NCBI GenBank assembly: GCA_951406725.2 | Contig: OX597814.1 | Location: forward strand, 112,592,001-112,656,000 | Source of the DNA: Octopus vulgaris | Lineage: Eukaryota | Reading direction: 5' to 3' | Length of the DNA stretch: 64,000 nucleotides | Part shown: positions 1 to 13,702 of the stretch, piece after piece | How positions within the stretch are numbered: position 1 is the stretch's first letter | Layout of the letters: each line of letters begins with the position of its first letter | The notes under the pieces: generated by a model | Databases searched by the model: none | The model's input: only the letters and a program-made list of their open reading frames with translations | Told to the model about the DNA's origin: nothing | Made by a program: the position numbers and the translations under genes

Positions 1-142
1 CTAATGACAAAACTACGTGGCTGGGGATTTGTCACTGTTTCTAACATGATTGATAGTAGTGAGAAAAAATACTATCTATATAACACACACACACACACAT
101 ATGTATGTATATGTGTCTGTATGTATTATATAGTGTATGTGT

Positions 143-185
<43 letters not shown>

Positions 186-399
186 AGCGCTGTTTATTCT
201 GGCCTAGTATCTGTTACTCATAAGTTATGTTTGATATTTTAGGTTATTTTACTAACTTACCGTCTATTGGTGGAATCGTAACAGTTATTGGCTAAAATAC
301 CTTGCAGTATATTTTCCTATTCTCTCCATTCTGAGTTCAAATCACGCTACGGTCAATTGTGCCTTTCCTTGTTTTCAGAGATTGATTTAAAAAGGAAAT

Positions 400-501
400 A
401 CCAATACACAAAAAAGTTCACTTTGGCGCAAAAGATCAGCTATTGGGAGAGGTTAAAAGATCTGAAATGCTGTTCCCTAGAGAAAAGCGAAAGATATGCA
501 T

Positions 502-561
<60 letters not shown>

Positions 562-985
562 CTATGTTTCTGACGAAGACCTCCGCCCGAAACGTTAAAT
601 CCTCCTTCTTTCCTTTCCTGAGTGTCCAATTACACTATACTTGTTCCATGTCCTCGCGTTGTGTTTTCTCTTTGTACATGTTTGGATTAACCATATGTAT
701 ATACCGAAAGATCTTGCAACCAACTTCGAGATTGAAACCTATACCAATAACTGGGCAATCCTTCATATTATCAAAGGTCCCGCCTCCTCTGCCCAGACTA
801 AGGATGCAATGCTATAACAGGTTAGGGTTCAAAAGGTCACATCTTTTCAATAACTTGTCATAAGCCTCCCAGATCTGCGATGTGCAGATGTAGACAAACT
901 TTTATATGATTAACAAGAGGTACCCACATCACAGCAATAAACGCGAAGAGCAGCTCTGTATATTACTTCATTGATCCGATTCTTC
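400..985 (+). mobile_element. CR1/L2-group LINE 3' fragment interrupted by (TA)n and a hammerhead element
   Basis: ISYWERLKDLKCCSLEKSERYALIY..IYRKIL resembles the post-RT region of CR1-group ORF2. Confidence 0.55.
566..600 (+). ncRNA. Degenerate hammerhead motif (family F3)
   Basis: GTTT-CTGACGA-AGACCTCCGCCC-GAAACGTT-AAAT; stem II eroded. Confidence 0.5.
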
Positions 986-1560
986 AGCGACCACTGTGAA
1001 GTGAGTTTAAAATAAACGTGTATTAAGGCTGTTGGCGGTCCTTGCCATGGCCACAACAACGGGCAAGAATAAAAGGAGGAACGGATTGGCGTAATCGGTC
1101 GGTTGAGATACTTTTCTGGTCTGATGGTTTGGCACTCTGACAATAATTTCTGCGTGACACTGGTGTCAAGCCTGCATCTTCGTCGACTCAAGCTGGCATC
1201 GTTTCTCTTGGGTAAACGTCAGTGACGCGAAAAGGAGATGTTTGTATACGTGTACATCTGACAGTCATCCAAAAACAAAAATATTTTGCTTAGGCCTGCA
1301 CGATTATATTCTCAGGAGACCAGGTACACGACTGGGTTAAGTCATTATGTGTGTCTTAGAAAAAATATGACTCTTACAGCTTTTCATTTTACCATTAGAA
1401 ATTTAGTCTCATACCAGTAAGAGACAGATTTTTCTGAAGAGTAATCAACAAGTTGTGAAACGGCTTACTAGGAGACTCACTCTAATTTCATTTTCAGCTA
1501 GCCAAATCGGAAGTATAGAAGGAATGGATTTACATTCTTCATTCATCATCCACAGTCAGG

Positions 1561-1619
<59 letters not shown>

Positions 1620-1656
1620 GAGAGAAAGAGATAGATACGTATGCATGTATGTTTAC

Positions 1657-1694
<38 letters not shown>

Positions 1695-1782
1695 TTGCAT
1701 ATATTCGTGTATGTATGTAAGTGTTTCTGTATATACATACATACATACATACATACATACACAGACACAGACACACACAAAC

Positions 1783-1930
1783 TTGTGGTAAGAAGCTTGC
1801 TTCCCAATGATATGGTCCCGGGTTCAGTCCCACAGGCTGGCACCTTGGGCAAGAGTCCTCTACTGTAGCCGCGGATCGAACAAAGTCTTGTGAGCGGACT
1901 TGCGAGAGGGAAACTGAAAGAAGCCCGTCG

Positions 1931-1931
<1 letters not shown>
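1783..1931 (+). mobile_element. SINE family A, 5' half
   Basis: Homologous to the SINE A head. Confidence 0.75.
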
Positions 1932-1963
<32 letters not shown>

Positions 1964-1980
1964 TTGTATGTATGTATATG

Positions 1981-2026
<46 letters not shown>

Positions 2027-2084
2027 CATACATACATACATACGCATATATACATATATATATATATTTATATATATATATATA

Positions 2085-2370
2085 TCAAAATAAGCAGCAA
2101 GGATATCCAGAGGTAATGCAGTACGATCGTTTCATTTAATTGAACAATGAAATCATTACATCAATTTAAAATGTAGAGCAATCTTCAGCTGCACAAAAAC
2201 ATAGAATTTAATTAGATTTGAAGGACACATTAGTATGAAACGATCGTACTGCATTACCTCTGGATATTCTTGTTGCTTATTTTGATTTTAATCACCTTAT
2301 TTTAAAATGTATGGATGATATCATACTAAATTCTGGTGCCAAAACTTAAGTACCATATTCATCTGAATCT
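2085..2370. mobile_element. Fold-back element F2
   Basis: Arms about 2085-2135 and 2234-2285. Homologous to 51410-51650 and 28655-29055. Confidence 0.62.
2117..2193 (-). ncRNA. Hammerhead motif (family F2), base of stem II partly deleted
   Basis: UGCAG-CUGAAGA-...-GAA-ACGAUCGU-A-CUGCA. Confidence 0.62.
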
Positions 2371-2401
2371 AAAGATATATGTGAGAGAGAGAGAGAGAGA
2401 G

Positions 2402-2446
<45 letters not shown>

Positions 2447-2825
2447 TGTGAGACCTTCAGAGAGAAATACAAAAACAAAGCAAATTTTGTAAGAGAAAAG
2501 AAAAACCTATTTTATTGCCGTGGACCCTAAATATATTGACAGGGCTCTACTAGCCCCTTATGTATGGAATGTATTTCAACTTGATCATCCAACGGCTTGC
2601 TTCTCATCGTCAGTAAGTGTCCACCTGTTGGCTTATGTAAAACAGTCAAAGCCCCTTTTATCGTGATCAGCGATTACTCATGGTCGACGAAACACAAAGA
2701 TCTGTGAGACGGTATCGCTCTTTCCATTTTTCGTTCTAGTTTTTCTTCTCACTCTCTCTCTCTCTCACACACACACACACATTTCTCTCTATCTATCTAT
2801 CTCTCTCTCTCACACTCACACACTC

Positions 2826-2857
<32 letters not shown>

Positions 2858-2974
2858 ACTCTCTCTTTCTTTCTCCATCTCGCTGTGCTTACGTATATCT
2901 CTACACATTTACCTATCTATACATGCTCTTATATATGCGTGTGTGTTTGTTTATGTATGTGTGTGTGTTTAAGT

Positions 2975-3103
2975 GTGGGGGTGGCTGTGTGGTGAGTAGC
3001 TTGCTTACGAACCACATGGTTCCGGGTTCAGTGTCTTCTACTATAGCCTCGGGCCGACCAAAGCCTTAGACGGAAACTGAAAGAAGCCCGTCGTATATAT
3101 GTG

Positions 3104-3144
<41 letters not shown>

Positions 3145-3358
3145 TTGTGTGTCTGTGTTTGTCCCCCCCCCCAACATCGCTTGACAACCGATGCTGGTGT
3201 GTTTACGTCCCCGTAGCTTAGCAGTTCGGCAAAAGAAACCGATAGAATAAGTACTAGGCTTACAAAGAATAAGTCCTGGGGTCGATTTGCTCGACTAAAA
3301 GGTAGTGCTCCAGCATGGCCGCAGTCAAATGACTGAAACAAGTAAAAGAATAAAAGAG
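2975..3358 (+). mobile_element. tRNA-derived SINE family A with internal microsatellite
   Basis: A-box-like GTGGCTGTGTGG, B-box-like GGTTCAGT, internal (TA)/(TG), tail AGTAAAAGAATAAAAG. Confidence 0.85.
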
Positions 3359-3430
3359 ATACACATACTTAGAAACACAGACACATCCACGCGCCAACAC
3401 ACACATATATATGTGCGTGTCTGTGTACGA

Positions 3431-3752
3431 AGGTGCGTGGCTTGGTAGCTAGAGGTATTCGGCTCACTATCGTAAGGTCATGAGTTCAATTCTTGGCGAC
3501 GCGTTGTTTCTACGAGCAAGACACTTTATTTCCCGTTTCTCCAGTCCACTCAGCTGGCAAAAGTGAGTTGTACCTGTAATTCAAGTGGGCCAGCCTTGTC
3601 ACATTCTGTGTCAAGCTGAATCTCCCTAAGAACTATATTGAGAGTACACGTGACTGTGGAGTACTCAGCCACTTGCACGTTAAATTCACAAGTACGCTGT
3701 TCCGTTGATCGTATCAACTGGAACGCTTATCGTCGTAACCGACGGAGTGCCA
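3431..3752 (+). mobile_element. tRNA-derived SINE family D
   Basis: Head with GAGTTCAATTC B box; body CAGCCTTGTCACATTCTGTG; tail GTAACCGACGGAGTGCCA. Confidence 0.75.
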
Positions 3753-3762
3753 GTACTATTTA

Positions 3763-3812
<50 letters not shown>

Positions 3813-3921
3813 CCGAAATTGCGAGGATGATCCGGTTCTTGACTGAAGATTGAAGGCTTCCGTGTTTTTAGTATCGTCTCCTAAATGTTTTACGTTCTTG
3901 TCCCAGTTTGTATTTTTTTAC

Positions 3922-3963
<42 letters not shown>

Positions 3964-3965
3964 TG

Positions 3966-4245
3966 TTTTATTCTTTTACTTGTTTCAGTCATTTGGCTGC
4001 GGCCATGCTGGGGCACCGCCTTTTGCCGAACAAATCGACCCCAGGACTTATTGTTTGTAAGCCTAGTACGTATTCTATCGGACTCTTTTGCCGAACCGCT
4101 AAGTTACGGCGGCGTAAACACACCAACATCGGTTGTCAAGCGATGGTTGAGGGGACAAACGCAGACACACATACACACATGTATGTATGTATGTATGTAT
4201 GTATGTATGTATGTATGTATGTATGTATGTGTGTGTGTATGTATG

Positions 4246-4276
<31 letters not shown>

Positions 4277-4461
4277 GTATGTATGTATGTGTATGTATGC
4301 ATGTATGTATACGATGGGCTTCTTGCAGCTTCCGTCTACCAAATCCACAAGGCATTGGTCAGCCCGAGACTATAGTAGAAGACACTTGCCCAAGGTGTCA
4401 CGCAGTGGGACTGAACTCGGAACCATGTGGTTGGGAAGCAAGTTACTTACCACACAGCCAC
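3966..4461 (-). mobile_element. SINE family A
   Basis: Reverse-complement homology to 2975-3358; internal (TATG)n. Confidence 0.85.
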
Positions 4462-4815
4462 ACACACACACTCACACACTCACACACACACACACACACA
4501 TATATATATGTGTGTGTGTGTGTGTGTTCACACGCGTAGATACTAGAATATGTAACATTTATCAGAATTATGGTAAAAGCAATTATAGATATTTCGAAGA
4601 AATTGCTACATAGGTGGCAATTATACATGAAATGCCGCTTGTAAGTGACTGATGAGAAATGTACCTACTTAACAAGTTCTTATGTAATCACATGAAAAGT
4701 ACATATTAAATGTATTCAGAATATCTGTCATTGGTTTTATGTTGGTTCTAATAATATACGGTTCGTTTGAATACCGATGTGCTCTGCCCTGCTTGGATAA
4801 TAGGGATATGATGCA

Positions 4816-4848
<33 letters not shown>

Positions 4849-5686
4849 AGGAGAGAGAGAGACAGACAGACAGACAGATAGATAAATAGAGAGAGAGAGA
4901 GAGAGATGGGTAGATGGATGGATGGATAGATAGATAAGTTTCTTTATTGGCCACACAGGGCTGCACACAGATGGGACAAGTTACAAGGTAGAGCTTTTCT
5001 TTTGGGGGATGAAGAGAACAAAAAACAAAAGAAAAAAAAAGGGGGTGGCGTAGGTTTTCGAAGAAAAGAACAAAAAAAAAATTGAATAAAATAAAAAATC
5101 GAGAAAATCATAACTTGACGAGATTAGAAATACATGATTAAGATATTATTCACCGAAATATTGAAATGGTGTAAAAGTAAGCTTTTTCTATTTTTTTGTT
5201 TTGTTTTCTTTCCATTGACGTGGATGGTTTTCGCAGCCTCTTTTAATTCTCTTTAACAATGCTTCAAATACACTTTGTGACTCTCTTTCTCTCACATACA
5301 CACACACATACACACATACATTCACACATACACACACAAACAAACACACACACATACCATAAGGGACATGCATATTTATATATCCACACACTCATGTAGG
5401 CACAATACACACGCACACCCATAGACATACGCATGCAAACGCGCACACACACACGCAAGCAGATATACAAACTCGCACATACACACACACACGCAGGCAC
5501 ACGCATACACACACACATGTACACACACACGCACAGACGTACACATACACATGTATACCATAATGAGAAATAACATACATATTTATATATACACACGCGC
5601 GCGCACACATACAAACACACACACATATATATACCACAATAAGAAAGAACATATGTTTATATATACACACACATATATGTATATAT

Positions 5687-5719
<33 letters not shown>

Positions 5720-5780
5720 TATATATACCATAATGAGAGAACATATACATTTATATACGCACACACATACATATATATAT

Positions 5781-5829
<49 letters not shown>

Positions 5830-6362
5830 CACACAATGGCTTGCTGTAGAGTCGATCAGGACAGCCACCCGATATGGGGTGAGATTTGTAAAAACATTAA
5901 ACTCTGTATTGTTGACATAAATACAATCTTTTGTTGACACAAAAGGTTCATTTATTTTTCTCGGAAAAAAAAATGGACAACACCACAACCACCACCAACA
6001 ACAAAACCAATAACAACACCACCAAGAACAACACCACCATCACAGCCACCACCACCAACATCACCACCAGCAACACCACCAACAACAACAACAACGACAC
6101 CAGAACAACACCATCACAAACAACTATGACAAAAACAATAACAACGTTGGGTGTAAAAAACACAATTGATAATAATATCATGGCGACTTACTGGCGTAGC
6201 AGCAGCAGCAGTCGCAGCGGCAGCAGTTGCAGCGGCAGCAGCAGCAGTAATGATCGTAATAATTCTTTCTATGATAGGCACAATGACCCAGTTCTTGAGC
6301 GGATGAAGGGTAGAGTTGACCTCGGCAGAATTTGAACCGAGAACGTATGGAACCGGAAAGTC

Positions 6363-6393
<31 letters not shown>

Positions 6394-6394
<1 letters not shown>

Positions 6395-6599
6395 TCAGAC
6401 AAATACATAACAAAAACACCAGGACTTACAAACACATATAACATACAGAAAATTGCACTACTAGGCACTGCACACATCCTACGCAGAACACTTTCCATAC
6501 AATAACCATCAGAGCATCACAACAAATCACAGCACATACCCAAGGCACACAGAGCTGCGCTCGGTAGTGAAGTGAAAGCACGCTATAAAAATAAAACTA

Positions 6600-6602
<3 letters not shown>
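6394..6602 (+). mobile_element. R4/Dong-like non-LTR retrotransposon, 5'-truncated 3' end
   Basis: Near-identical to 7291-7500. Encodes ...IQKIALLGTAHILRRTL*. Flanked by (AAT)n on both sides. Confidence 0.8.
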
Positions 6603-6680
<78 letters not shown>

Positions 6681-6685
<5 letters not shown>

Positions 6686-7500
6686 TAAAAGAAATAGACA
6701 AAGAATAATCCCAGCAGTGGTTGAGAAGCTCAGGACTCAAAGCAGAAAAAGAGGGATTTTTAATTGTAGCACAAGACCAAAGCCTCCCCACCAGAAATTA
6801 CCAAAAATATGTAATGAAAAGAAATATAACAAGTAACTGCAGAATATGTGGAGATGGACAAGAAACAATAAATCATATTATCTCTGGCTGCCCAGTCATG
6901 GCTAAGAAGGAATATATTCACAGACACGACAGAGTTTGGACCTACATACACTGGAAGCTATGCCAACATTAGGGAATAACAACAGAAAAAGTTGGTATAG
7001 GCACACACACGAAAAGGTCACAGAAAACGAGAAAGCAACCATACTCTGGGATATGCCAATACACACAGACAGAGAAATTAAGGCCAACAGACCAGATATA
7101 GTTGTCAGAGATCATGAAGAAAAAAATGCTTTCTAATTGATGTATCAATACCAGCAGATGACAACGTGTCTCTAAAAGAAATGGAGAAACTTTCAAAATA
7201 CAAAGACCTGGAAATAGAGGTAACTAGAATGTGGAATCTAAAAACAGAAACAATTCCTATCATAGTATGTGCATTAGGCATGATAAAAAATATTCAGACA
7301 AATACATAACAAAAACACCAGGACTTACAAACACATATAATATACAGAAAATTGCACTACTAGGCACTGCACACATCCTACGCAGAACACTCTCAATACA
7401 ATAACCATTAGAGCATCACAACAAATCACAGCACATACCCAAGGCACACAGAGCTGCGCTCGATAGTGAAGTGAAGCACGTTATAAAAATAAAACTACTG
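6681..7500 (+). mobile_element. R4/Dong-like retrotransposon 3' portion (CCHC knuckle + restriction-like endonuclease)
   Basis: CRICGDGQETINHIISGC, HRHDRV, ILWDMPIHTDREIKANRPDIV, then EKLSKYKDLEIE. Frameshifted. Confidence 0.88.
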
Positions 7501-7559
7501 GATGATAACAATAATAATAATAACAACAACAGCAACAATTTCTTTATTACCCACAAATA

Positions 7560-7896
7560 ATAGCATGTTCCGGTGACAACAGGATCAAAGAGAAAGAGGA
7601 AGAAAAACTGAACAACTTCGACGATTTGAAGTGGAAAATACAAGGCGAGTAGAGATGATACCGATATTAATTGGTGCACTTGGCAGTATCAGCACTCAGC
7701 TACCAACAGGACTGAAAAAGATCGGTGCAAGTGTGAAGGTAGAACACCTACAAAAATCAGCATTGCTTGGAACTGCAAGAATTCTTTACAGGGTTCTTCA
7801 AGCTTGACTATTAAACAAGTGTCACCTTAGTCTGCTGGCTGTGGACAGCTGACACTTCCCATCATACCCAGCAAAATAAGTTGTATGTTTTCATCA

Positions 7897-7897
<1 letters not shown>
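7560..7897 (+). mobile_element. R4/Dong-like element 3' end, second subfamily
   Basis: Reads DNRIKEKEEEKL...IPILIGALGS...LQKSALLGTARILYRVL*, followed by (AAT)n. Confidence 0.78.
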
Positions 7898-7952
<55 letters not shown>

Positions 7953-7955
<3 letters not shown>

Positions 7956-8412
7956 AGCAAATATTCTGCTCAATACCACAGATTTGCTTGTCAGTTGTTT
8001 GACCTTAACCAGTTGAGCATGTCCCTTAGTGGCTGATGATATGTGTATCTCTGATCATGAGTAGAAGTAGTGGGGAAGCATCATAGCCATGTGTTGAAAG
8101 GAATTCTTAGAGGTTTGGATAATTCACCTTTGGAAGCATGGGTGTTTCGTTCAACATCCTTAAACAATCCTTATTCAGGGACCTTTTGAGCAGAATGGGC
8201 TACTCGACCAGAAGAAAATTCTAACTGGGCTCCACCTGCAAGGTCATGTGCTGTTTATCTTGATATGAGATCACCATGTCGCAGTCGCACATATATGGTT
8301 GTGATGCATGTGCCTGGTGTACCCTTATCAGACGGGTAGTCATGATGGGTATACTGGACTTCGTATATTTTACCCCTGTGTCACTTTGATGGCATGCACT
8401 ACTCCCTCACTC
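7953..8412. repeat. Unclassified element between two (AAT)n tracts (possibly a retroelement 3' UTR)
   Basis: Complex 460-bp segment bounded by (AAT)n on both sides, like its R4/Dong neighbours. No ORF. Confidence 0.4.
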
Positions 8413-8487
<75 letters not shown>

Positions 8488-8488
<1 letters not shown>

Positions 8489-9508
8489 GGAGACGGTATA
8501 TAACATGCTGATATGACAGAAAAAATACGAAAGGAATATTACAGAACAATACTAAAAACTGAACTCAACTCCAAAAATCGCATCGAAGCCTTTAAAACAC
8601 CCTGACACTTGCAGTTGTCAAATACAGTTTTAACATCATTAACTGGAATCTTACAGAGCTCTAACGCGTGGACAGGAAGACAAGAAAACTAGTAACATCT
8701 AAGAACATGCTCCACCCAAAAGCAGACGTTGATCGTCTGAACTTACCTAGAAGTAATGGGGGAAGAGGAATGATGCAGGTAGAACTGTGCTATAAGACCT
8801 CCACAATAGCAATGAAGAAGTACTTATCTAGTACTAAGGACTGGATGCTGCGGCTTGTGTGCAAAGGTGAAAGCAGCAAAAAGTCACATTCTATTGTGAA
8901 GGAAGCTTGCAAATTCGCAAGGGAACTTGGCATTAATCCTGAATTAGATGAAGAACTTAAAACCACTGTCACCAAACAAGCAAAACGGATCAAATAGACT
9001 GCAAAAAAACGGTTAGAAACAAATTGAGGATCGGCGGAACCAGAAGCCTCTGTACGGACAGTATATACTTCGAAGTTGAAATCCTGATGTAGACCAAGCA
9101 ACAACCCATCAGTGGTTGAGAAGTTCAGGACTGGAAGCAGAGACTGAAGGTTTCATGTTGGCGGCACAAAATCAAAGCATGCTTACCAAAAATTACCAGG
9201 CTAACGTTTTTCAAAACAGTTCTGATCCCAAACACAGATTCTGCGACACATTTAACGAAACAGTGGACCATCTCGTCTCTGGATGTCCTATGTAGTCACC
9301 AAGCAAATATAAAAATCGCCACGATAGGGTAGGACAGTGTTTACATTGGAAAATATGTAAACATTACAAAATCAGCATTCCTTCTTACTGGTATAAATAT
9401 CATCCTGAGCCAGTCGTTGAAGGTAAAAATATCGCTATCCTCTGGGTTTTTCTAGTCAACACTGACTGAACGATCGAGGCTAATCGACCAGACATAGTCA
9501 TTAAAGAT
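8488..9508 (+). mobile_element. R4/Dong-like element, third subfamily (RT C-terminus to RLE), decayed
   Basis: DRKTRKLV..MLHPKADVDRLNLPRSNGGRG; WLRSSGLEAETEGFMLAAQ; FCDTFNETVDHLVSGC; RHDRVG; NRPDIVIKD. Confidence 0.85.
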
Positions 9509-9572
9509 TAGAAGACGGGCGAAATACCGCTACGATTTCGCGCAGCGTGCTAACGATTCTGCCAGCTCGCTG

Positions 9573-9629
<57 letters not shown>

Positions 9630-9824
9630 GTTTCTTTATTGGTTACAAGGGCGAACACAAAAAAAAGTAAGGACAATCCAAAACATGGGACACGTGGGGT
9701 TTAACAAAAAATCGATGAAACCACTGTAACTACTACCGCAACTACTCTGCACCACATCATTGGATCATGATACGCGATTATCACTCCACACTACAACCTC
9801 CATCACATCACAATGACTTCAAAT

Positions 9825-9985
9825 TTTAGCACAAATCCTGCAATTTCAGGGGAAGATGATCAGTCGATTACATAGACCCCTCAAGTCGTACTTATTTTAT
9901 CGACTCCGAGAGAGTGAAAACCAAAGTCAACTTCGGCGGTATTTGAACTCAGAACGTAAAGAGCCGAAAGAAATACCGCAAAGCA
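9825..9985 (-). mobile_element. SINE family B, diverged
   Basis: TATTTGAACTCAGAACGTAAAG..GAAATACCGC. Confidence 0.7.
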
Positions 9986-10146
9986 TGTGGAGTAAGGTCA
10001 CTGTCGACATGCCACTAGTATTGATAGAGTGTTAAATACTTTCGGTATACAAATTAGGGACTTCTCCATAAAGTAACTGCTGTATTTGTTCAGTATGTAA
10101 ACAGTTTGTCTGCTTGTTTCTCTGGAGATTGTCAAAATGATGTGGA

Positions 10147-10190
10147 CGCCTCTGAAGAGAACCCAATGAGGTTCAAAAATCGATTAAAGT
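10147..10190 (+). ncRNA. Degenerate hammerhead motif
   Basis: CTGAAGA-GAACC-CAATGA-GGTTC-AAA-AATCGATT-A; the G of GAAA is mutated. Confidence 0.45.
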
Positions 10191-10295
10191 TGCTCATCAT
10201 TTTTTCAATCTGGGGGGAAGTGGCTAAAATGTGCTGTTTATTAATATATCATATGTTATATACATACATACATACATACACATATATATATATAT

Positions 10296-10500
10296 CTTTT
10301 ACTCTTTTACTCTTTTACATGTTTCAGTCATTTGACTGTGGCCATGCTGGAGCACCGCCTTTAGTCGAGCAAATCAACCCCGGGACTTATTCTTTGTAAG
10401 CCCAGTACTTATTCTATCGGTCTCTTTTGCCGAACCGCTAAGTGACGGGGACGTAAACACACTAGCATCGAGAGACAAACACAGACACACAAACACACAA

Positions 10501-10568
<68 letters not shown>

Positions 10569-10683
10569 ATATATATATATACATATATACGACAGGCTTC
10601 TTGCCCAAGATGCCACGCAGTGGGACTGAACCCGGAACCATGTGGTTGGTTAGCAAGCTACTTACCACACACCCACTCCTGCG

Positions 10684-10685
<2 letters not shown>
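10296..10685 (-). mobile_element. SINE family A
   Basis: Homology to other copies, with internal deletions. Confidence 0.85.
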
Positions 10686-10734
<49 letters not shown>

Positions 10735-11075
10735 TATAAATTAGTGTACGTTTTATACACAAAAGTAGGTGACCTTACATGACACCTTACAGGACACCTT
10801 ACATGATGGAAAGGGCAGGTAAAGCACAAATTACGAATAAGAGAAATTTGAAAGGGAATGAAAAATAAAAACATTTCAGTAGTTACCCTTAAACTCGAGT
10901 TTCTGCATCAATGTGCAAATAAATTAATTTGCCATCCGTGCGCTAAAATTAATGCATTTTATACAACACTGAAGACACACGTGTCTTTCCTTTGGCGAGA
11001 TATCGCTCCAATACACCACGTGAACCTTTTGAACTTTTCTAAACTTTCTCGTACTTTCTGCCTTTTCTCCTTGTT

Positions 11076-11113
11076 TCTTTCTGTGGAAGAGCGTAGGCTC
11101 GAAACGTAAAAGA
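11076..11113 (+). ncRNA. Hammerhead-like motif (F3-related), core variant
   Basis: TCTTT-CTGTGGA-A-GAGC-GTAG-GCTC-GAA-ACGT-A-AAAGA; stems I and II pair perfectly. Confidence 0.55.
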
Positions 11114-11208
11114 CTTTCTCACTTCCCGAGCGTTAAACTAATACATCTGTTTGTTGTTTACATACCTGTCTTCGTCTTCCGTCCTTTTTTTTTTTTTTTG
11201 GCAACTTG

Positions 11209-12244
11209 GGGAATTTTCCTTGTTTTGTACGTCCTGTACTCTATTTTTTCGTTGTTTAAAAAAAATGTCCATTTCCTTGGTTTTGTGTTTATGTTTTCGT
11301 TTCTCATTGTGTTCGACGTTTTTTTGGTGTCTTGTACCCATATATGCATGTATATATACATGTAGAGGTAGGTACGTACATATATGTATGTATATATGCA
11401 TATGTTTTATTTATTTATTAATTTATTATATGACAGAACGCACGCATCCCTTTCTAAGTAAGATTGTTCTTAATATTAATTGATGCGCACTCTTAACCTT
11501 TCTCTACCCTCCCTTTCTCAGCCTTTATTCTCTGGGCTTTCCTTTTCTTCCACTTTACTGTCTCTCCCTCTCTCTCTCTCATTCTTCATTCTTTTCTTTT
11601 TCTCTACAAACATTCCTCTTCTTTTCTCTCTTCTTTTCTCTCCCCTTCTCTTACTCCTCCTCCTCCCTCCCGTCGCGGTCACGTGATGAGATGGCTATTT
11701 CTGTCTTTCCTTTCCTGGACTCCGTCAAGTAGAGACGGTAATCTGTTACTCTCTACCGTCCTCAAACAATAGCGTTCGTAAAAAATTTTTATCTCGTTTG
11801 GTTTAACAGCCCTTCTTGTTTGTGTTACTGTTATTCTCTGTTCTGTATTTTACTGTTTATATTTTGTACTGTCGATACTGTCCTGTTTTTGTTACCATTT
11901 TTACCCCTCCGCAAAAAAATCTCAAATTTTATTTAATTCGATTTTCGCGGGAAGGAAAATTTCATTGAAGTCATGTATCGCCTTGACCTTCGAAACGTTG
12001 AGTAGATGAAATTAAGGCGACTGAAGAAGGAGAATTTTCCTTGTTTTGTATGTCCTGTTCTCTATTTTTTCGTTGTTTTAAAAAAATGTCCATTTCCTTG
12101 GTTTTGTGTTTATGTTTTCGTTTCTCATTGTGTTCGACGTTTTTTTGGTGTCCTGTACCCATATATGCATGTATATATACATGTAGAGGTAGGCACGTAC
12201 ATATATGTATGTATATATGCATATGTTTTATTTATTTATTAATT

Positions 12245-12246
<2 letters not shown>
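11209..12246 (+). repeat. ~215-bp direct repeat pair (11209-11425 and 12030-12246)
   Basis: Both start GAATTTTCCTTGTTTTGTA and end TTTATTTATTTATTAATTT. Confidence 0.9.
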
Positions 12247-12315
<69 letters not shown>

Positions 12316-12840
12316 TATATACGTGCATATATATATAACTCCAAGAAAGTTGGGGGTTGTGAGTCCAACCCACTAAGGGATAATATCTACCCAATATACT
12401 GCTGGTAGAATACCCAATTATTAAAACACAAGTGTTTTTTATTGCATTGCAATTACATTACCTAGTGTATTAAATGGGTGAAGGTAAAGAGATATTTTAC
12501 CATTAACTTATATTGCAAATAAGAAAATGGAGAACAATTGTTGGTTCATCAACTTTAGGACATTAAATATATTAACTTATTTATTTCTCAAACTGATAAT
12601 TATAATAACATACATATAACATATTATTCTATGTATATAAGATAAGGATACAAGTAATTATTAAAAAAAAAACATGAATATAAATTAGTGCCTATATTAG
12701 TCAAGTGTATTGAGATAATAGGCAGTTGAAAATTAGGTAACTGCATATAATCTCTAGGCTTCGTCAGAGATTATAAAGTACAATCATAATAAATATAAAT
12801 ATAAAACAAAATACAGACACATTTGAATATATATATATAT

Positions 12841-12914
<74 letters not shown>

Positions 12915-13032
12915 GCATATATGGTTATACATAATTAATTATATATACTGAAATATATATACACATCCACATCCATAAATGCATATATAATATTCAGTTA
13001 TTACTAATATTATTATTATTAATATTAGATTA

Positions 13033-13080
<48 letters not shown>

Positions 13081-13113
13081 TGAGAAAGTTGGTGTGTGAA
13101 AGCATGTGGTTGA

Positions 13114-13369
13114 ATATATAGAAAATAGTAAAAAGTGAAAAAACTACAGAAGGCTTGTTTTAAAAGGTTAAAAATATATTTGAGTCATTATGTCAGAAGA
13201 ATGTTATAAAACTTTTTCATAAAGTGACATAGTTTTTGAAGAAATTTCTTCAAAAACTATGTCACTTTATGAAAAAATTTTATAACATTCTTCTGACATA
13301 ATGACTCAAATATATTTTTTAACCTTTTAAAACAAGCCTTCTGGAGTTTTTTCACTTTTTACTATTTTC

Positions 13370-13377
<8 letters not shown>
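13114..13377. repeat. Spacerless palindrome (about 131-bp arms)
   Basis: Centre GAAGAAA|TTTCTTC at 13244/13245. About 2 substitutions and 1 indel between arms. Confidence 0.95.
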
Positions 13378-13405
<28 letters not shown>

Positions 13406-13651
13406 TAAAAGGGTAAAGACCCCCTTCGGTCATGAATGACCATGGGATTGCACCTAGAAAGTTACCCTCCTAGACGCAAGTCCGGGCAAGGTTGTTTATG
13501 GAAGGCTAGCAGTCGCCCATGCATACCAGCTTCCCCTCTCCACGCCACCAGTGTTATCCAAGGGAAAGACAAAGGTCGATACAGCTGGGCACCTGTGACG
13601 TCGCAACTCATTTCTACAGCTGAGTGAACTGAAGCAACGTGAAATAAAGTG

Positions 13652-13702
<51 letters not shown>

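Noticed and set aside
4648-4700. CTGATGA as a hammerhead core (also 30301, 19584)
   Set aside because: No convincing stem II, GAAA and stem I arrangement.
11975-12032. Permuted hammerhead (CCTTCGAAACGTT...CTGAAGAAGG)
   Set aside because: Stem I cannot be formed convincingly.
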